Of a stretch of 64,000 nt of DNA, positions 1 through 14,439 are shown piece after piece. A program made the position numbers and the translations under genes. The notes beneath the pieces are model-generated. The model ran no database searches. It was given only the letters and a program-made list of their open reading frames with translations, and was not told the DNA's origin. Numbering within the stretch: the stretch's first letter is position 1; every line of letters begins with the position of its first letter. The stretch covers positions 71,362,001 to 71,426,000 of the forward strand of contig OX597817.1 in assembly GCA_951406725.2 (NCBI GenBank). The letters are read 5' to 3'. The DNA comes from Octopus vulgaris. Its lineage: Eukaryota.

Positions 1-139
1 TGCCGTTTTATCCCGTAGAGCCATTGTGGTCAGACCTCCAAGTCTAAAGAATTGGATCGTGCTGCAGAGACTGATTCTTGCTTTAAAACTACTAATCCAC
101 AAGCAAGAAGAAAAAACCCTGCAGCCTCAATAATCGGTT

Positions 140-140
<1 letters not shown>

Positions 141-209
<69 letters not shown>

Positions 210-227
210 GCTGCTGCTACTACTACT
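141..227. repeat. (CTA)n microsatellite with a short (CTG)n interruption
   Basis: Directly visible tandem trinucleotide. Confidence 0.95.
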
Positions 228-777
228 GTAGATGATGTTAGAGTTCTTTGTGAGGGAAAATCCCGTCAGAATCTACTATGCAGTTTATATTTCGATCAAT
301 AAAATCACCCCAGTGAGTCATAAGGCTTTGGTTTTGGGTTTTTTTTTTAACATATACATTTTTTGTTCCAAATCTTGCACACTTGGTTAATGAGTCCCTC
401 ATCAATAGTTTGGCAAACAACGCGTTGATTACGTTCGTTAAAGAAGTCTGATTAGATCGAATTATGTCAAGAGTTATCTACCGCACTGGCCAAATGATTA
501 ACTGTAGCAATGGCCATTGATCTAATGTCGTTTTTCGTATGTATTTTCGAAAGTACAGTTTTGACGATCACCCCAGTGAATATGCTAACATTAACTTAAC
601 CATCGTTTTTCTTTCATGCAGGTGGCGTCTCTGAGTAATTAACTTTAGTGATTTATCTATCTACTGTAATCATATACCCAGAGTCGGATTGGTGCAAGCG
701 TTTCGATTCTTTTAGCCTTTGTGTCATGTTTATGAATTATTTTCTGCATCATTGCTGTTAGTCACCAGTTCTAAATC

Positions 778-1153
<376 letters not shown>

Positions 1154-1497
1154 TTATATGTGTATTCGTATTATACTCAAATATTGATAATCTCAGTGTA
1201 GCAGATTGTATTGGACATTCAGTTTATCAGCTGCCGATAAGAGATCAGTAGGTGTTCAATGGCTTTGGACATTATTGTAACACTTGATACTGCCATGAAA
1301 ATATTCGGGTTCATTGACCCAGATCAAAGCACTCTGTTCCATCTGCGTCTATGTGTTTATCGATTCTGCCAATTCTGGATTTAACACATAAATCCAGAAC
1401 AGCTGTGGCAATTCCAAAGTGCTTTCGAAGCAAACATATAAACATAAAAATACATGCATATACATAAGTACATATACATACACATAAACACACACAT

Positions 1498-1536
<39 letters not shown>

Positions 1537-1886
1537 TACATTCAAACATGTATGCAAATATACATATATAAGCGTGTGTATGTGTGTATGCTTGTATGTA
1601 AGATAGCATGTAAATGTGTGTGTATATGTGTGTATATGCGTGTGTGTGTGCGTTGTATATGTATGTAACGGAATCTAAAGAAATACATGCTAGAATTATA
1701 GCTGCTACGTATATATGTATGTGTATCCATCCATCTATCCATCCATTCATCCATCCTACACTCGATCATACATACATACATACATACATACATACATAAT
1801 GGTGTCCTGAATATTTTACCGGAAATCCATGCAAAATAATTCATTATAATTATGCATACTTTGCAACAGCAAATCATTTACATGTA

Positions 1887-2100
<214 letters not shown>

Positions 2101-2513
2101 AGGGGCAGAGAAAGTGAGAGAAAGAGAGTGGGGAGAGGGAGAGAAATAATGAAAGAGGGTGCATAAAGTTTAAGAAACATTCAGAAAGACCAGAATATGA
2201 GGAATATGCCATTTGTTTATCATTTAAATAGCTGAAATGAAGCATTTAACATTTGCTTATTAAACGAATGTGTGTGTGGGTATATATGTTGAAATGCAGG
2301 CGTATGCACACATATAAACATACATACATACATACATACATACATACATACATACATACAAAATTCATCAACGCGTAACGGCTTCCGAATGTTATCATAC
2401 AGTGGGAATACCATTGTCCATAGATATACATTTGGAATTCCATAGTATACTAAGTTATGAATAAAACAAAATGAATTAAAGATTCCTTATTTCCCACAAT
2501 TGTTTCCACATAC

Positions 2514-2745
2514 CTATTTCTTACTACCCACAAGGGGCTAAACACAGAGAGGACAAACAAAGACAGACAAACGGATTAAGTCGATTATAGCGACCCCAGT
2601 GCGAAATTGGTACTTTATTTAATCGACCCCGAAAGGATGAAAGGCAAAGTCGACCTCGGTGGAATTTGAACTCAGAACGTAACGACAGACGAAATACCGC
2701 CAAGCATTTCGCCCGGCGTGCTAACGATTCTGCTAGCTCGCCGCC
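2514..2745 (-). mobile_element. tRNA-derived SINE family A monomer (core GGTCGACTTTGCCTTTCATCCTTTCGGGGTCGA, Meta-domain-like)
   Basis: Minus strand reads GGCGGCGAGCTAGCAGAATCGTTAGC...GAGTTCAAATTCC (A/B-box-like) then core and tail; TSD TTTCCACATAC at 2503-2513 and 2746-2756; more than 10 homologous copies in the window. Domain name is from memory. Confidence 0.9.
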
Positions 2746-3642
2746 TTTCCACATACCGTCACATTGTTTCCACATACCGTCACGCACCTAGTACATTGGT
2801 GAGATTAACACGTTGCGTAATCAGTACTAACCATCAGAGATGTTAAATGTTTCTTTAGGTGAGTATTTTGAATAAGCCCTTCGTTAGATCAGACTGTCCT
2901 CTCATTCTTTACAAGAATGAATATCCAAAGCAGTGTGCTATTTTCAGCAATTTGCAGGCAAAACTATACCTATAGAGAAAATGACAAGCAAAACAGAAGT
3001 ACGATCAAAATACAAAACACAAATCAAAGAAGCAAACACAGGAAAATTCCCATGTCGAGTTAACTATAAAATACAATTCTATCTTCACGGTCGGATTATC
3101 AGAAGGAAAAAGAAAATAAAGAACGAAATTGGAGATAATAATGTGATAAAGTGATAAAGACTGACCATTTCCGTGCTTGTCAACAAACTACTTGAAAGGG
3201 ATCTAAGGTACCCCCTGCCTGTTATAGCAAAACATTTAGCTTCATCCTACACTAGAATCTATCACTATGCAAAGTTAATTTATGATTGTCTAGCTTTTAT
3301 GTACTTGAAAAAAAAAAAAAAAAATTTAGAAAAATAAGTTAGTAGGTAAACTCTCCCCAACATACGTATATATTCTCATATATATCGACATATAATGTAG
3401 TGCATGCGTGTGTGTATACATACATACATACATATAAACAAACACACATACATTCATATATACATACATAGGGATAGAGAAGAGAAACTCTCCTCAACAT
3501 ACGTATATATTCTCATATATCCACATATAATGTAGTGTATGTGTGTATACATACATATATACATACACACACACACATACATACATACATACATACATAC
3601 ATACATACATACATACATACATACATACATACATACATACAT

Positions 3643-4255
3643 AGGGATAGAGAAGAGAATCTGTGCGCAGTTGTGGAAATTAACTGTCCAGCGGATGTTT
3701 ATATAAAGCTGAAGATCAGTGAAAAAGAGAATATCTACGTTGAACTGTTGAGAAATCTGCAGTTACTCTATCCTTATTACAAGATCGGGTTTATACCTGT
3801 AATTGTTGGGGTCCCAGGATATGTAACACACCGCCTAAATACCAATCTTGAGAAATTGGGCTTCTCAAAACCAGAAAGAAGCTAATTCGAGGACTATAAA
3901 TCCAATCCATCACTGGAACTGTAAAAATCTGTAAAACTTTCCAGAAGTTTATCATTTAAATATATATGTGCATGTCTAGATATGTAACTATACGCATGAG
4001 AATACATACATAAAACATACAAATCTGCACATACATACATACATACATACATACATACATACATACATACATACATACATACATACATACATACATACAT
4101 ACATACATACATGCATGCATACATTCATACGTACATACATAGTCTGTTTTTGATGGTGAAATTCCAATGAGGGAGCCTTGGATCTAGGTTAGAAACCGGT
4201 TCTTCCTCTATTGGCAAGTAATCCTGAAATAAACTGAATAATGATATACATACAT
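3643..4255 (+). mobile_element. 5'-truncated R4/Dong-type non-LTR retrotransposon 3' end (restriction-like endonuclease C-terminus plus 3' UTR)
   Basis: DREENLCAVVEINCPAD...KISEKENIY...FIPVIVGVPGYV...LEKLGF then frameshifted IQSITGTVKICKTFQKFII*; homologous to 8290-8520; UTR segment 4141-4250 recurs inverted at 58905-59045. Confidence 0.85.
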
Positions 4256-5924
4256 CTATTTATATATGGACACATACTTCTGACTAATATTTCTTACTAC
4301 TTTTACTACTTGAGTTCTTAGTCTATGAGGAACGGAAAACCACAACAATGTTGAATGACAAGAATTTATTTACATAGCTTTAGATAGTTTTGTATAACTA
4401 TACCTATCTATTCACATGCATCTACAGTTATTCTTTTATGTTTCAGCCCTAAGGCTGTGGCCATGCTGGGGCACCACCAGTAAGATGATAATACGTATAA
4501 TCCATGCAGTAGATATATAAATATTTCCACCCCACTATCAGTCATCCGATATTAATACACATATTGATTTCTAGGCAATAAGTACTTTTGCAGTCTTGCA
4601 CCATATGATTACATGCAACTGCAATACATCGTGGCAATTGGAAAATTTCACAAAAGTGAATTTAAACAAAGTGATTAAATAGAAGTAAAACAGAAATAAA
4701 TACAATACAATAAAATAGTTTGCACGAATAGAGTTTTAGGTATATGTTTTTAGTAAAACAGCAAAAATGAGCATTTTAGCCTGTGGTTGCATCTAGCTAC
4801 CATCTCGGAGCACCTAAGAGCATAAAATACACATATTAGATATTTAGAAACATACAAAGATTGTTAACTTCAGTTAAAAATTTATTGTTTGTAATATGTA
4901 GCACCAAAATTTTCACCTTTCAAAACTGCCAACTGGTCTCTGACAATGTTGTTGTACAGTGGCGGGTCGTAGTTTCGAGCAACGACAATTTTGACACCAT
5001 ATTACAAATAGTAAATATTTAAAGGAAATTAACTGTCTTTGTGTGTGTTTCTGAATGGCTAGTACGAGTATTTTATGCTGCCATCGATATGGTTTCAAAA
5101 CATGGTCTCAATCCAAAACATATGCCATACATAAATAGACAGAATTTTGGAACAAACTCTTCACCAGCCACAACTTTTTGATTTTTGTTAATTCTTCTTC
5201 TGACAGTTTCTTATAGTTATGTTTTTAAGAAATGAAGGCAATAATTCTGAAATACAAATAGAATCCTCAAATTTGGAATATTGGTGATAACTCTTAATTT
5301 ACTGTATCTGACATTGTAATTTACTTTTTATAATTTTTTTTTTCGAAATATTTCTGTAAATAGTATGTTTGAAGTAAGGGAAATTACAATTCTGCTAAAA
5401 TTTAGGTTTTTAAAATTTTAAACAGTTTGTTCGCTACATTTATACAGTGGCTTGCTTTAAGCTCAAAGATTTGGGTACTTCTGGCAGGCGAGTCACAACA
5501 TGTCGAAACAACAGTGTCCCAGAATACTTTGTGCCAATAAATCGACTGTGTTATGAAGACGTCGTCGTAAAAGGGAAAATGACAATTTTATTTGCGTTCA
5601 AATCTACCGAAACGTATTGAGAATAAATATACTAGTCATCGTTTCAGATATTGCTATATGCAGTGCAAATAAAGATGTTTTAACACAATTTTTGAAGCTG
5701 AAAATGAAAAGTTACGCATATTTTTGAACATCTACGAAATAAGCATTGAATTCCTTATTTTCCATTTTGACAATTTCTAATTCAAACAGTAAATTCATGG
5801 ATAATCAATGACAACAAAAATAAAGTACTAGTTAAGCAATACGGTCGATATAATCGGCTAACATCTCTTTAGAAATTTTTGGTCTTGTACTGAGGCTGAA
5901 GATTATTTTTTTTTACTTATGTAA

Positions 5925-6095
5925 GCCAAGCTGGCAAAATCGTTAGCACGTCAGAAAAATGTTTAGCGGCATTTCGTCTGGTTCAAATTCCGCCAAGGTC
6001 GACTTTAGCTATTATACTTTTGAGCACTGGGGTTAATTTCAGCAGCTTTCCACACCCTTCAAAACTGCTGGCCTTATGCCAAAATTTGAAACCAT
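5925..6095 (+). mobile_element. SINE family A, diverged copy with internal deletions
   Basis: GCTGGCAAAATCGTTAGCACG...GGTTCAAATTCCGCCAAGGTCGACTTT...GCCAAAATTTGAAACC. Confidence 0.8.
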
Positions 6096-6198
6096 CATTA
6101 TTTACTAATGTTAGTGGCCGAGAAGGGAAAGAATGGTTTCACATAAATCAATAGGTATCCATCAATTTCAAAACATAGTCAATGTGTTTTATAGTTTT

Positions 6199-6262
<64 letters not shown>

Positions 6263-6351
6263 AGAGAGAGAGGGGTGTATTTATGTTGATTTCACAATAT
6301 GTTTGGTCACGATTATGTCAGTTCCATTGCTCTGCAAGTATTTGAAAAGAA

Positions 6352-6400
<49 letters not shown>

Positions 6401-6498
6401 AAAATGGCCGAGAAATGAGGGAATGATTACAATGAATAGCTAATAATCAACTCTTAATTTTGTGAATGCTCTCTCAGTATGTAATTTATATGCCAGTG

Positions 6499-6536
<38 letters not shown>

Positions 6537-6558
6537 TATATATATATATACACCCAAC

Positions 6559-6602
<44 letters not shown>

Positions 6603-6733
6603 ATTGGTAAGGGCTTTCTTCACATGAAATCAACGGTACCCATAATCTAAAAGAGATCTGTATCCAGCAATGCGGTGTTGACCACTCATTTTCTCACTGT
6701 TCACCATTTACGTGTATATACATACATACATGC

Positions 6734-6771
<38 letters not shown>

Positions 6772-6876
6772 GTGTGTGTGTGCGTGTGTGTGTGTGTATG
6801 TATGTATACACACACACGTCCATATAGGAATCTGCTTATTTGACTCTCTCTTTCTCTCCCACTGTATGTGTGTGTG

Positions 6877-6924
<48 letters not shown>

Positions 6925-7769
6925 CAGATACAAATACATATAACACATACGCACAATTACACGCACACTCATACATACAGAGACATATATATAGCGACAG
7001 TCATATAAAATGAAATTCAACAACTTCCATAATCATTGACAAAATTTCAGTTCCAATACTACAAAGTATAAGTTTTCAAGAATTCTATAAAAGTATATAT
7101 GTGTTGCAGTTCTCAGCTACCTTCCACCACATCATCTTAGTAAGACGAGCTGAATGAAAGCTTGGAATGAAATCCTTGAGCTTTCAGCCTCCTCTATTCC
7201 GGTATTTTTATCGACTAATAACTCGAGGCATATATTTTGGCAGATGAATAATGCTACAATTTTACAACTTTTTCACGAATCTACTGTATTGAACACCGTA
7301 AGCTCGTATTCATAGTTATGTGTATGAGCCCGTGTTTGTGCGTTTGAATATATATACTAGTATACACACACATACACACATACTCATATACATATCGATA
7401 TTTGTAAACTTCTTCGTCTTTATTTGAACAGTGAAACTCAAATCAGAGAAAGCTATTAATAATTGCAAGTAAATATTGGTTAAAATGAAACTTGGATCGA
7501 AAATGTTGTAGGATACGTACCCAGATCTTCTACAAATAAAATAATTCTTAAACATTCTTTCGAATTTTTTATGACTCTAATATGATATATATATATGCAT
7601 TCATATATATATATATATATATATTAATAGTAATGGTAAGACAACAAAAGGATGAACGAGACCTCGATATTATGTAAATAGAGGAATTTATCTGTAATAT
7701 ATGCGGCAATTATTCGGTTGCCATAATAAAACATGCTATGAAAATGACCGTTAAACAAAGGGAAATTAC

Positions 7770-7857
7770 TATGTAATTGACCGTTATTAAGACAAAAGAG
7801 CTATTAGAATGACGTCATTCTAATAGCACTTTTGTCTTAATAACGGTCAATTACATA
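7770..7857. repeat. 88-bp near-perfect palindrome (44-bp arms, no spacer)
   Basis: TATGTAATTGACCGTTATTAAGACAAAAGAGCTATTAGAATGAC followed by its reverse complement with one mismatch. Confidence 0.95.
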
Positions 7858-7915
7858 TCTTCATATCGACATGAAGAGAAGCGTTTCTTAGACTCGTGGC
7901 CGTTATATCACATAA

Positions 7916-8520
7916 CAATTCGAAAACTATTCATTGGCAATCCAAGAACAGGAGATTGCTATGAAATACCTAATAAACAAAAGAAACAGTGAAGACTTTG
8001 GAATTCCAAGATGCAACTGAAAGTGTCGGTTATGCCATATTTCTGTCGAAGACATTACACATGTGATTAGCCGTTGCTCAAAAATGTCAAGATACTACCT
8101 CCCTATGCGACATGACGTTCTTACAAAAATAATATACAATGCTACTCGAATATAAGACTGTCCTGGAATAAAATAGAGAATCCACTTGTTATTGAATACA
8201 CACACGACCATCAACATAAGGAATTCTGGTGGAACATTCCCATCAAAACATCTGTCAAGTGTAACCATAACAGACTGGATAGTGTTATTTGGGACAGACA
8301 AGAAAATGTACGAGAGATCAGCTGTCCTGCTGAATATTGCCTTGAAAATCAAAGAGAAGAAGCATAATAACTAGGGACAACGTCTTCGAAACGTCCAGCT
8401 TCTATGTCCAGATAATGTATTCACATTTATACCAATAATAATTGGTACACTTAGTTTTGTGAGTAAATGCCTAAATGCCAACCTGGATAAGCTAGGGTTT
8501 TCAGAAAAAGAAATCATCTA
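7916..8520 (+). pseudogene. Decayed R4/Dong-type LINE ORF C-terminus (CCHC knuckle plus restriction-like endonuclease)
   Basis: Manual translation: LAIQEQEI..KCRLCHISVEDITHVISRC..LPMRHD..EFWWNIPIKTSVKCNHNRLDSVIWDRQE..EISCPA..FTFIPIIIGTL..NLDKLGFSEKE, with stops and frameshifts. Confidence 0.85.
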
Positions 8521-8540
8521 TAAATATCATAAATATATAT

Positions 8541-8941
8541 AGGCGCAGGAATGGCTATGTGGTAAGTAGCTTGCTTACTAAACACATGGTTTCGGGTTCA
8601 GTCCCACTTTGGGCAAGTGTCTTCTACTACAGCCTCGGATTGGATTTAATAGACGGAAACTGAAAGAAGCCCGTTGTATATATGTATGTATATATATATA
8701 TGTATGTATGTGTATATGTTTGTGTGTCTGTGTTTGTCCCCCCCCCCCACAACATCGCTTGACAATCGATGCTGGTGTGTTTACGTCCCTGTAACTTAGC
8801 GGTTCTATCTGTCTCAAAAAAGACAGATAGAATAAGTACTAGGCTTACAAAGAATAAGTCTTGGGGTCGATTTGATCGACTAAAGGCGGTGCTCCAGCAT
8901 GGCCGCAGTCAAATGACTGAAACAAGTAAAAGAGTAAAGAG
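8541..8941 (+). mobile_element. tRNA-derived SINE family B (CORE-like TTGGGCAAGTGTCTTCTACT), near full length with internal microsatellite
   Basis: Head AGGCGCAGGAATGGCTATGTGGTAAG...GGGTTCAGTCCC; 3' end CCAGCATGGCCGCAGTCAAATGACTGAAACAAGTAAAAGA; many partial copies in the window. Confidence 0.85.
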
Positions 8942-9154
8942 TAATATGTATATATACATATGGGTTTCAGTTTCCGCCTGCTAAATCCACTCAAAAGGAT
9001 TTTTGTTCGGCTGGTAGGTATTGTAGAAGACACTCAATATTGAATAATGCATACATCCTGGAGTAAATCCACGGATAACAACAGGTAACCTAAATTGCGT
9101 CGGTGCTTCACTCATTATCTATTTATACATTTCGTATAATTTTTCCAGTATATA

Positions 9155-9306
9155 TATATAAGAATTTTTGGCGTAATAAGATAAAAAAAAACAAGGCTGT
9201 ATAGATATCAGAGCATTTATAGATAGAAGGTCCTTCAATCTATAAATGCTCTAATATCTATACAGCCTTGGTTTTTTTATCTTATTACGCAAAAAATTCT
9301 TATATA
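9155..9306. repeat. About 150-bp fold-back palindrome (about 75-bp arms, 1-nt centre) next to (TA)n
   Basis: AGAATTTTTGGCGTAATAAGATA...AGAAGG-T-CCTTCAATC...TATCTTATTACGCAAAAAATTCT with a few mismatches. Confidence 0.95.
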
Positions 9307-9434
9307 CACACGCTGACATAGAACCAACGTTGAACCCTTTTATTCGCAATATTACCGAATCTGGAACTTAACTATGGTCTATCTATAGCACTTATTCAGC
9401 ATTACCTGACACCTTTGGGTCTCAATGACACCAT

Positions 9435-9531
<97 letters not shown>

Positions 9532-10335
9532 CATGTATGTATGAATACATACATACAAACATACATATATATATATATGCATACATACACACGCGCACAC
9601 ACACACACGCACACACATATATATTACACTAGATAGTGTAAGCCTTTGAACGGGGAAGGAGATTTAAAAGCCAATGGTATCAGCTATATCAACTTCAACT
9701 CCTTTCTTAAAGTGTTTGTACTTTGTGTGTGCGAGTGGCGTGCGCTTGTGTATTTATGCATTTAATTCTTTTCTCTATACTTTCATGCCCCGTTGAGGAT
9801 TTCGTGTTTGTCCTGTCCAGTAGAGTGTTATAACAAACCCTTATAAAATTCTTTTCTTGTATGTTCTCTTCGTTGTTGTATTTGATTTTATAACACGCTT
9901 TGGTTTAATAGAGATTTTTAAAAATCTTGTCTTCCATTTCGAAAGCGTGCCATATTACAGTTTCCACGTTGTTGTTTAGACACACATTCAGTTATAGCTC
10001 GATCTAACGTTTATATGTTTATTTATGAGATGGCTGAGGTGTTGTGGCGTGTGTTGTAATGTATACAACAAGAAAGAAAAGATGTTGTTTGTTCCTTATT
10101 CATGAGTAAATCATAACCTCGAACATTCTTTTATCATTTGTTTGAGCATATTTCTTTCTCGTCATTTTGTGATAAACTAAAATGCAACTCAAATCCGTTC
10201 ACACTGACATTCATAATGATTACACATTAATAAATGTATAAATATCTGAATACACACCTATTTATACATACATACATACATGCATACATACATACATACA
10301 TACATACATACATACATACATACATACATACACAT

Positions 10336-10400
<65 letters not shown>

Positions 10401-10428
10401 CATACATATATATATGTATGTATGTGTG

Positions 10429-10471
<43 letters not shown>

Positions 10472-10657
10472 ATATGTATATAAGTGTGTGTGTATGTGTG
10501 TGTGTAATTGTATGAGCGTATATATATATGTAATTTGATGTTTCAAAGGAGCTTTCATCATGAGTATGTATAATTATGTATATATGTGTGAGAGCATGTG
10601 TATCTCTATTCGTGTGTGTATATATATATGTATGTGTTTACATGCATATATATATAA

Positions 10658-10697
<40 letters not shown>

Positions 10698-11064
10698 TGT
10701 TTACATGTGTATATATATATACATATATATGTTTAAATAAATGTTTATATATGTATATACATATATATATGCATCTATATATGCAAACACACACACATAT
10801 ATATATGTATGCATACTTATATATATATATATATATATAATATGTATGAGTGTGTGGATGTGTGTGTGTGTGTATAGTTTGTGTTTGTGTGTATGCATAT
10901 ATAATATAAATATGCATAAGAATTTCTGGTTTTTGTTTGTTCACAGATGATCAATATGGTCATATAGATTTCTAAAAGCGTATCTTTTATATTGATTGTA
11001 ACAAAACATTTCAAAAGGCACAAGATTTCAATGAGTTGTAAGCTTAAGTTATTTCAATGATGCA

Positions 11065-11188
<124 letters not shown>

Positions 11189-11646
11189 GTGATACACTCG
11201 CTCTCACACACAGATATTATCATACAATATATAGAAATATATTTTTGCGCTCAGGTACACAATTATAATTGCATACAAACACACACATCAATTACATGTG
11301 CACAACCCCATCTCCATGTTCCTCCATATCACCACTTCTTTTCACTCTCTTTCTCTATCTCTCTCTGTCTCTCCTTTCTCTATGCTTGTACACCCATTCT
11401 CCCTTCCTATATATATCATAGAAACATAAATACATTTATATACACACATCATATATGCAACACTGTCTATTATCAATAAATATATCTCATATACTTATTT
11501 GAATTAAAACAGAATTAAAGCATATTCTAATGCGTTGTCTATATGTTGTAAATATTTTATGCACAATTGTTGTTCAATTATATACGTATACATGCATAGA
11601 TGGCCATTCACCCCTACATCACACATTCATCATATAATATATATAT

Positions 11647-11694
<48 letters not shown>

Positions 11695-11724
11695 CACACA
11701 CACATACACACATTAAATTTATAT

Positions 11725-11816
11725 TTATATATAGCTATGAATATGTATACACACACACAAATATATAGACATCAGCCAGTAGATACAATCATATTATTAC
11801 CATCATCATCACGTTA

Positions 11817-11877
<61 letters not shown>

Positions 11878-11900
11878 AACACATCATCATCATCACGTTA

Positions 11901-11941
<41 letters not shown>

Positions 11942-12078
11942 AACACACTTTCACACACAGGTATGTATATATAGCTATGAATATGTATATACACACACAT
12001 ATATATATATATATATATAGACATCAGCCAGTAGATAGAACCATATTATCATCATCACCATCATCATCACGCTAGTAT
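11725..12078. repeat. Local tandem duplication (about 240-bp period) with nested sub-duplication
   Basis: ATAGCTATGAATATGTATA...GACATCAGCCAGTAGATA occurs twice; CATCATCATCACG(T/C)TAGTAT occurs three times. Confidence 0.85.
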
Positions 12079-12200
12079 TTGTTGCAAAGTATTAATTTGC
12101 ATCTTAAAGTTTTCTATTTACTTCGATAAAACATACGATAGAGGTTTTATGTTAGCACCAAATGCACAGTTTCAGACAGATATATCTTTTGACCATCATA

Positions 12201-12240
<40 letters not shown>

Positions 12241-12489
12241 CACACATACACACACAAACACACACGCACACACGCACACACATACGCATACACACGCACA
12301 CACATAGATAGATATAGATATATATTGAAAGGCATACACACATATTGGTATAAATATATATCTATATCTATTTATATATGTATATATATTATTTATGAAC
12401 ATATATGTAGGAGTGCATTTATATGTATATATGCATTTGTTTATGTATGTATGTGTGTGCATATCTATGTGTGTACATGTATATGTGTA

Positions 12490-12524
<35 letters not shown>

Positions 12525-12644
12525 TATGTATACATGCCTATGTATATACATGTATGATATGTATGTACACACACATGATATATATACATATATGATATTT
12601 AGCTATTCTTCACACACACACACACACACATACACATATACATA

Positions 12645-12689
<45 letters not shown>

Positions 12690-12859
12690 TAGCCGTCTCC
12701 TGTTAATGCTTAGCTGCTAATGTACAGGTTCTTATTTTATGTTCACACGTTCACATAGAATTCATTCTTCTTCACACAAGGGGAACATAACTCAAACGGT
12801 GCTCCTTTCAAGTTTGTATTATGTATGCCCAGATCAATAGCTATATCTATGTATATCCA

Positions 12860-13580
12860 GAAATGGCGATGTTGATGATGATGATAGTGGTGTTGGTATT
12901 GGTGTTGGTGACGATGACGTTGGTAACATTGGTGTTGGTGATGGTGGTTGTGGTAATGGTGGAGGTGGTGGCGGTGGTTGTATGATAGTGGAAACGGGTG
13001 ATAGTTGTGGTGGTACAAGCTGTGTTCGTAATATTGATGAAGTGGCGGTCGTTGTTATAGTAGAGGCAGTGGTGGTGGTGGTGATGGCACCGGTGGTTGT
13101 GTCGGTAGTAGTGGTGGTATAAGCGATATGGGTAATGGGTACCTGCCGTGGTGGTAGTGCGTATGGCAGTAGATGTGAGAAGATATGGGCACTTGTGGTA
13201 ATGTGGGCGTGAGGGAAGCAATGTTGCTGATAGTGCTGAGAGTAGAAGTAATGTTGGGCGTGGTGATAGCAGTGGTTTTGTTGGTAGAAGTGCCCGGCGG
13301 GGGGGGGGGGGAGTTGATGGTGGTGTTAGTGATTGTGATTATATTTGAAGTGTAGCTGATGTACAATGGTGATGGTGGTGGGTAATTGTAAGAACATCAT
13401 TGGTGGTGATGAAGTTGGCGGTAATAATGTGCGTTTGTTTGTATGTGTGGTGGTGGTGGTGGTGGTGGTGGGGAGAGTACTGAAAGACTGTTTCCCGTAG
13501 TGGAATAAAGTGTTGTTAATGTTGAGGGCGGTGTTGGCAGTGATGGTACAGGGTGGAATGGCGGTGGTGGTACCAGTAGG
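12860..13580. repeat. Degenerate (GGT/GAT/GTT)n low-complexity tract
   Basis: GGT-rich triplet decay; yields His/Thr/Pro-rich pseudo-ORFs in all minus frames. Confidence 0.85.
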
Positions 13581-13725
13581 TGAGAAGAATTGCTGTACAT
13601 CAGAGACTTGCATATGCTAATCACTATCTTCACTCATCTCCCTTTCTTCTCTTTAACTCTCTGTTATGTCTTGTTTTCATTATGTATACGTGTATACATA
13701 AGAGTCTATGTGTGTGTATACATAT

Positions 13726-13783
<58 letters not shown>

Positions 13784-13801
13784 TGTATGTATGTATATTT
13801 A

Positions 13802-13845
<44 letters not shown>

Positions 13846-13914
13846 TATCTATATATATATATGTGTGTGCATATATATGTATATATGTATATGCATATAT
13901 ACATATATATGTAT

Positions 13915-13950
<36 letters not shown>

Positions 13951-14439
13951 GTGTATGTGTGTGTATGTGTGTGCATGTGTGTATATATTTGTGTGTATAA
14001 ATATGCATATGTATGTATATATACAGATACATATATATGTATGTGTGTACACAAATCCTTACATACGTGCTAGCATACACACAAACATATGCATACATAC
14101 ATGCATGCAAGTATGCATACATACATACATACATACATACATACATGCATGCATACATGTATACATACACACATACACACATACATACATACGTACATTT
14201 GTGCATGCATAAATCCCGTCTCTTGTAAGCTGCTGTTATCTGTGTTTCAATGTAGAATTTATACGAAGAATTTTATTACTCAGAATCGGTTTTATGGTCA
14301 GTTTTCAGCCAGATAATTGTTCAGGCGGACAGACAAACCGACAAACGGACAGGTAGCTATTATAAAGGTTGGCAAGCAGGTGTGCAGGTAGTCAAGAAGA
14401 AAGCTAGGGTGGTGTATGTCTAGATACATGTTAGCAACA

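Noticed and set aside
238-420. 60-aa minus ORF and the repeated TCACCCCAGTGA at about 305 and 568
   Set aside because: No recognisable motif; neighbouring frames are stop-ridden.
12743-13633. His/Thr/Pro-rich mucin-like ORFs
   Set aside because: Open in several frames because of GGT-type low complexity; no splice or domain support.
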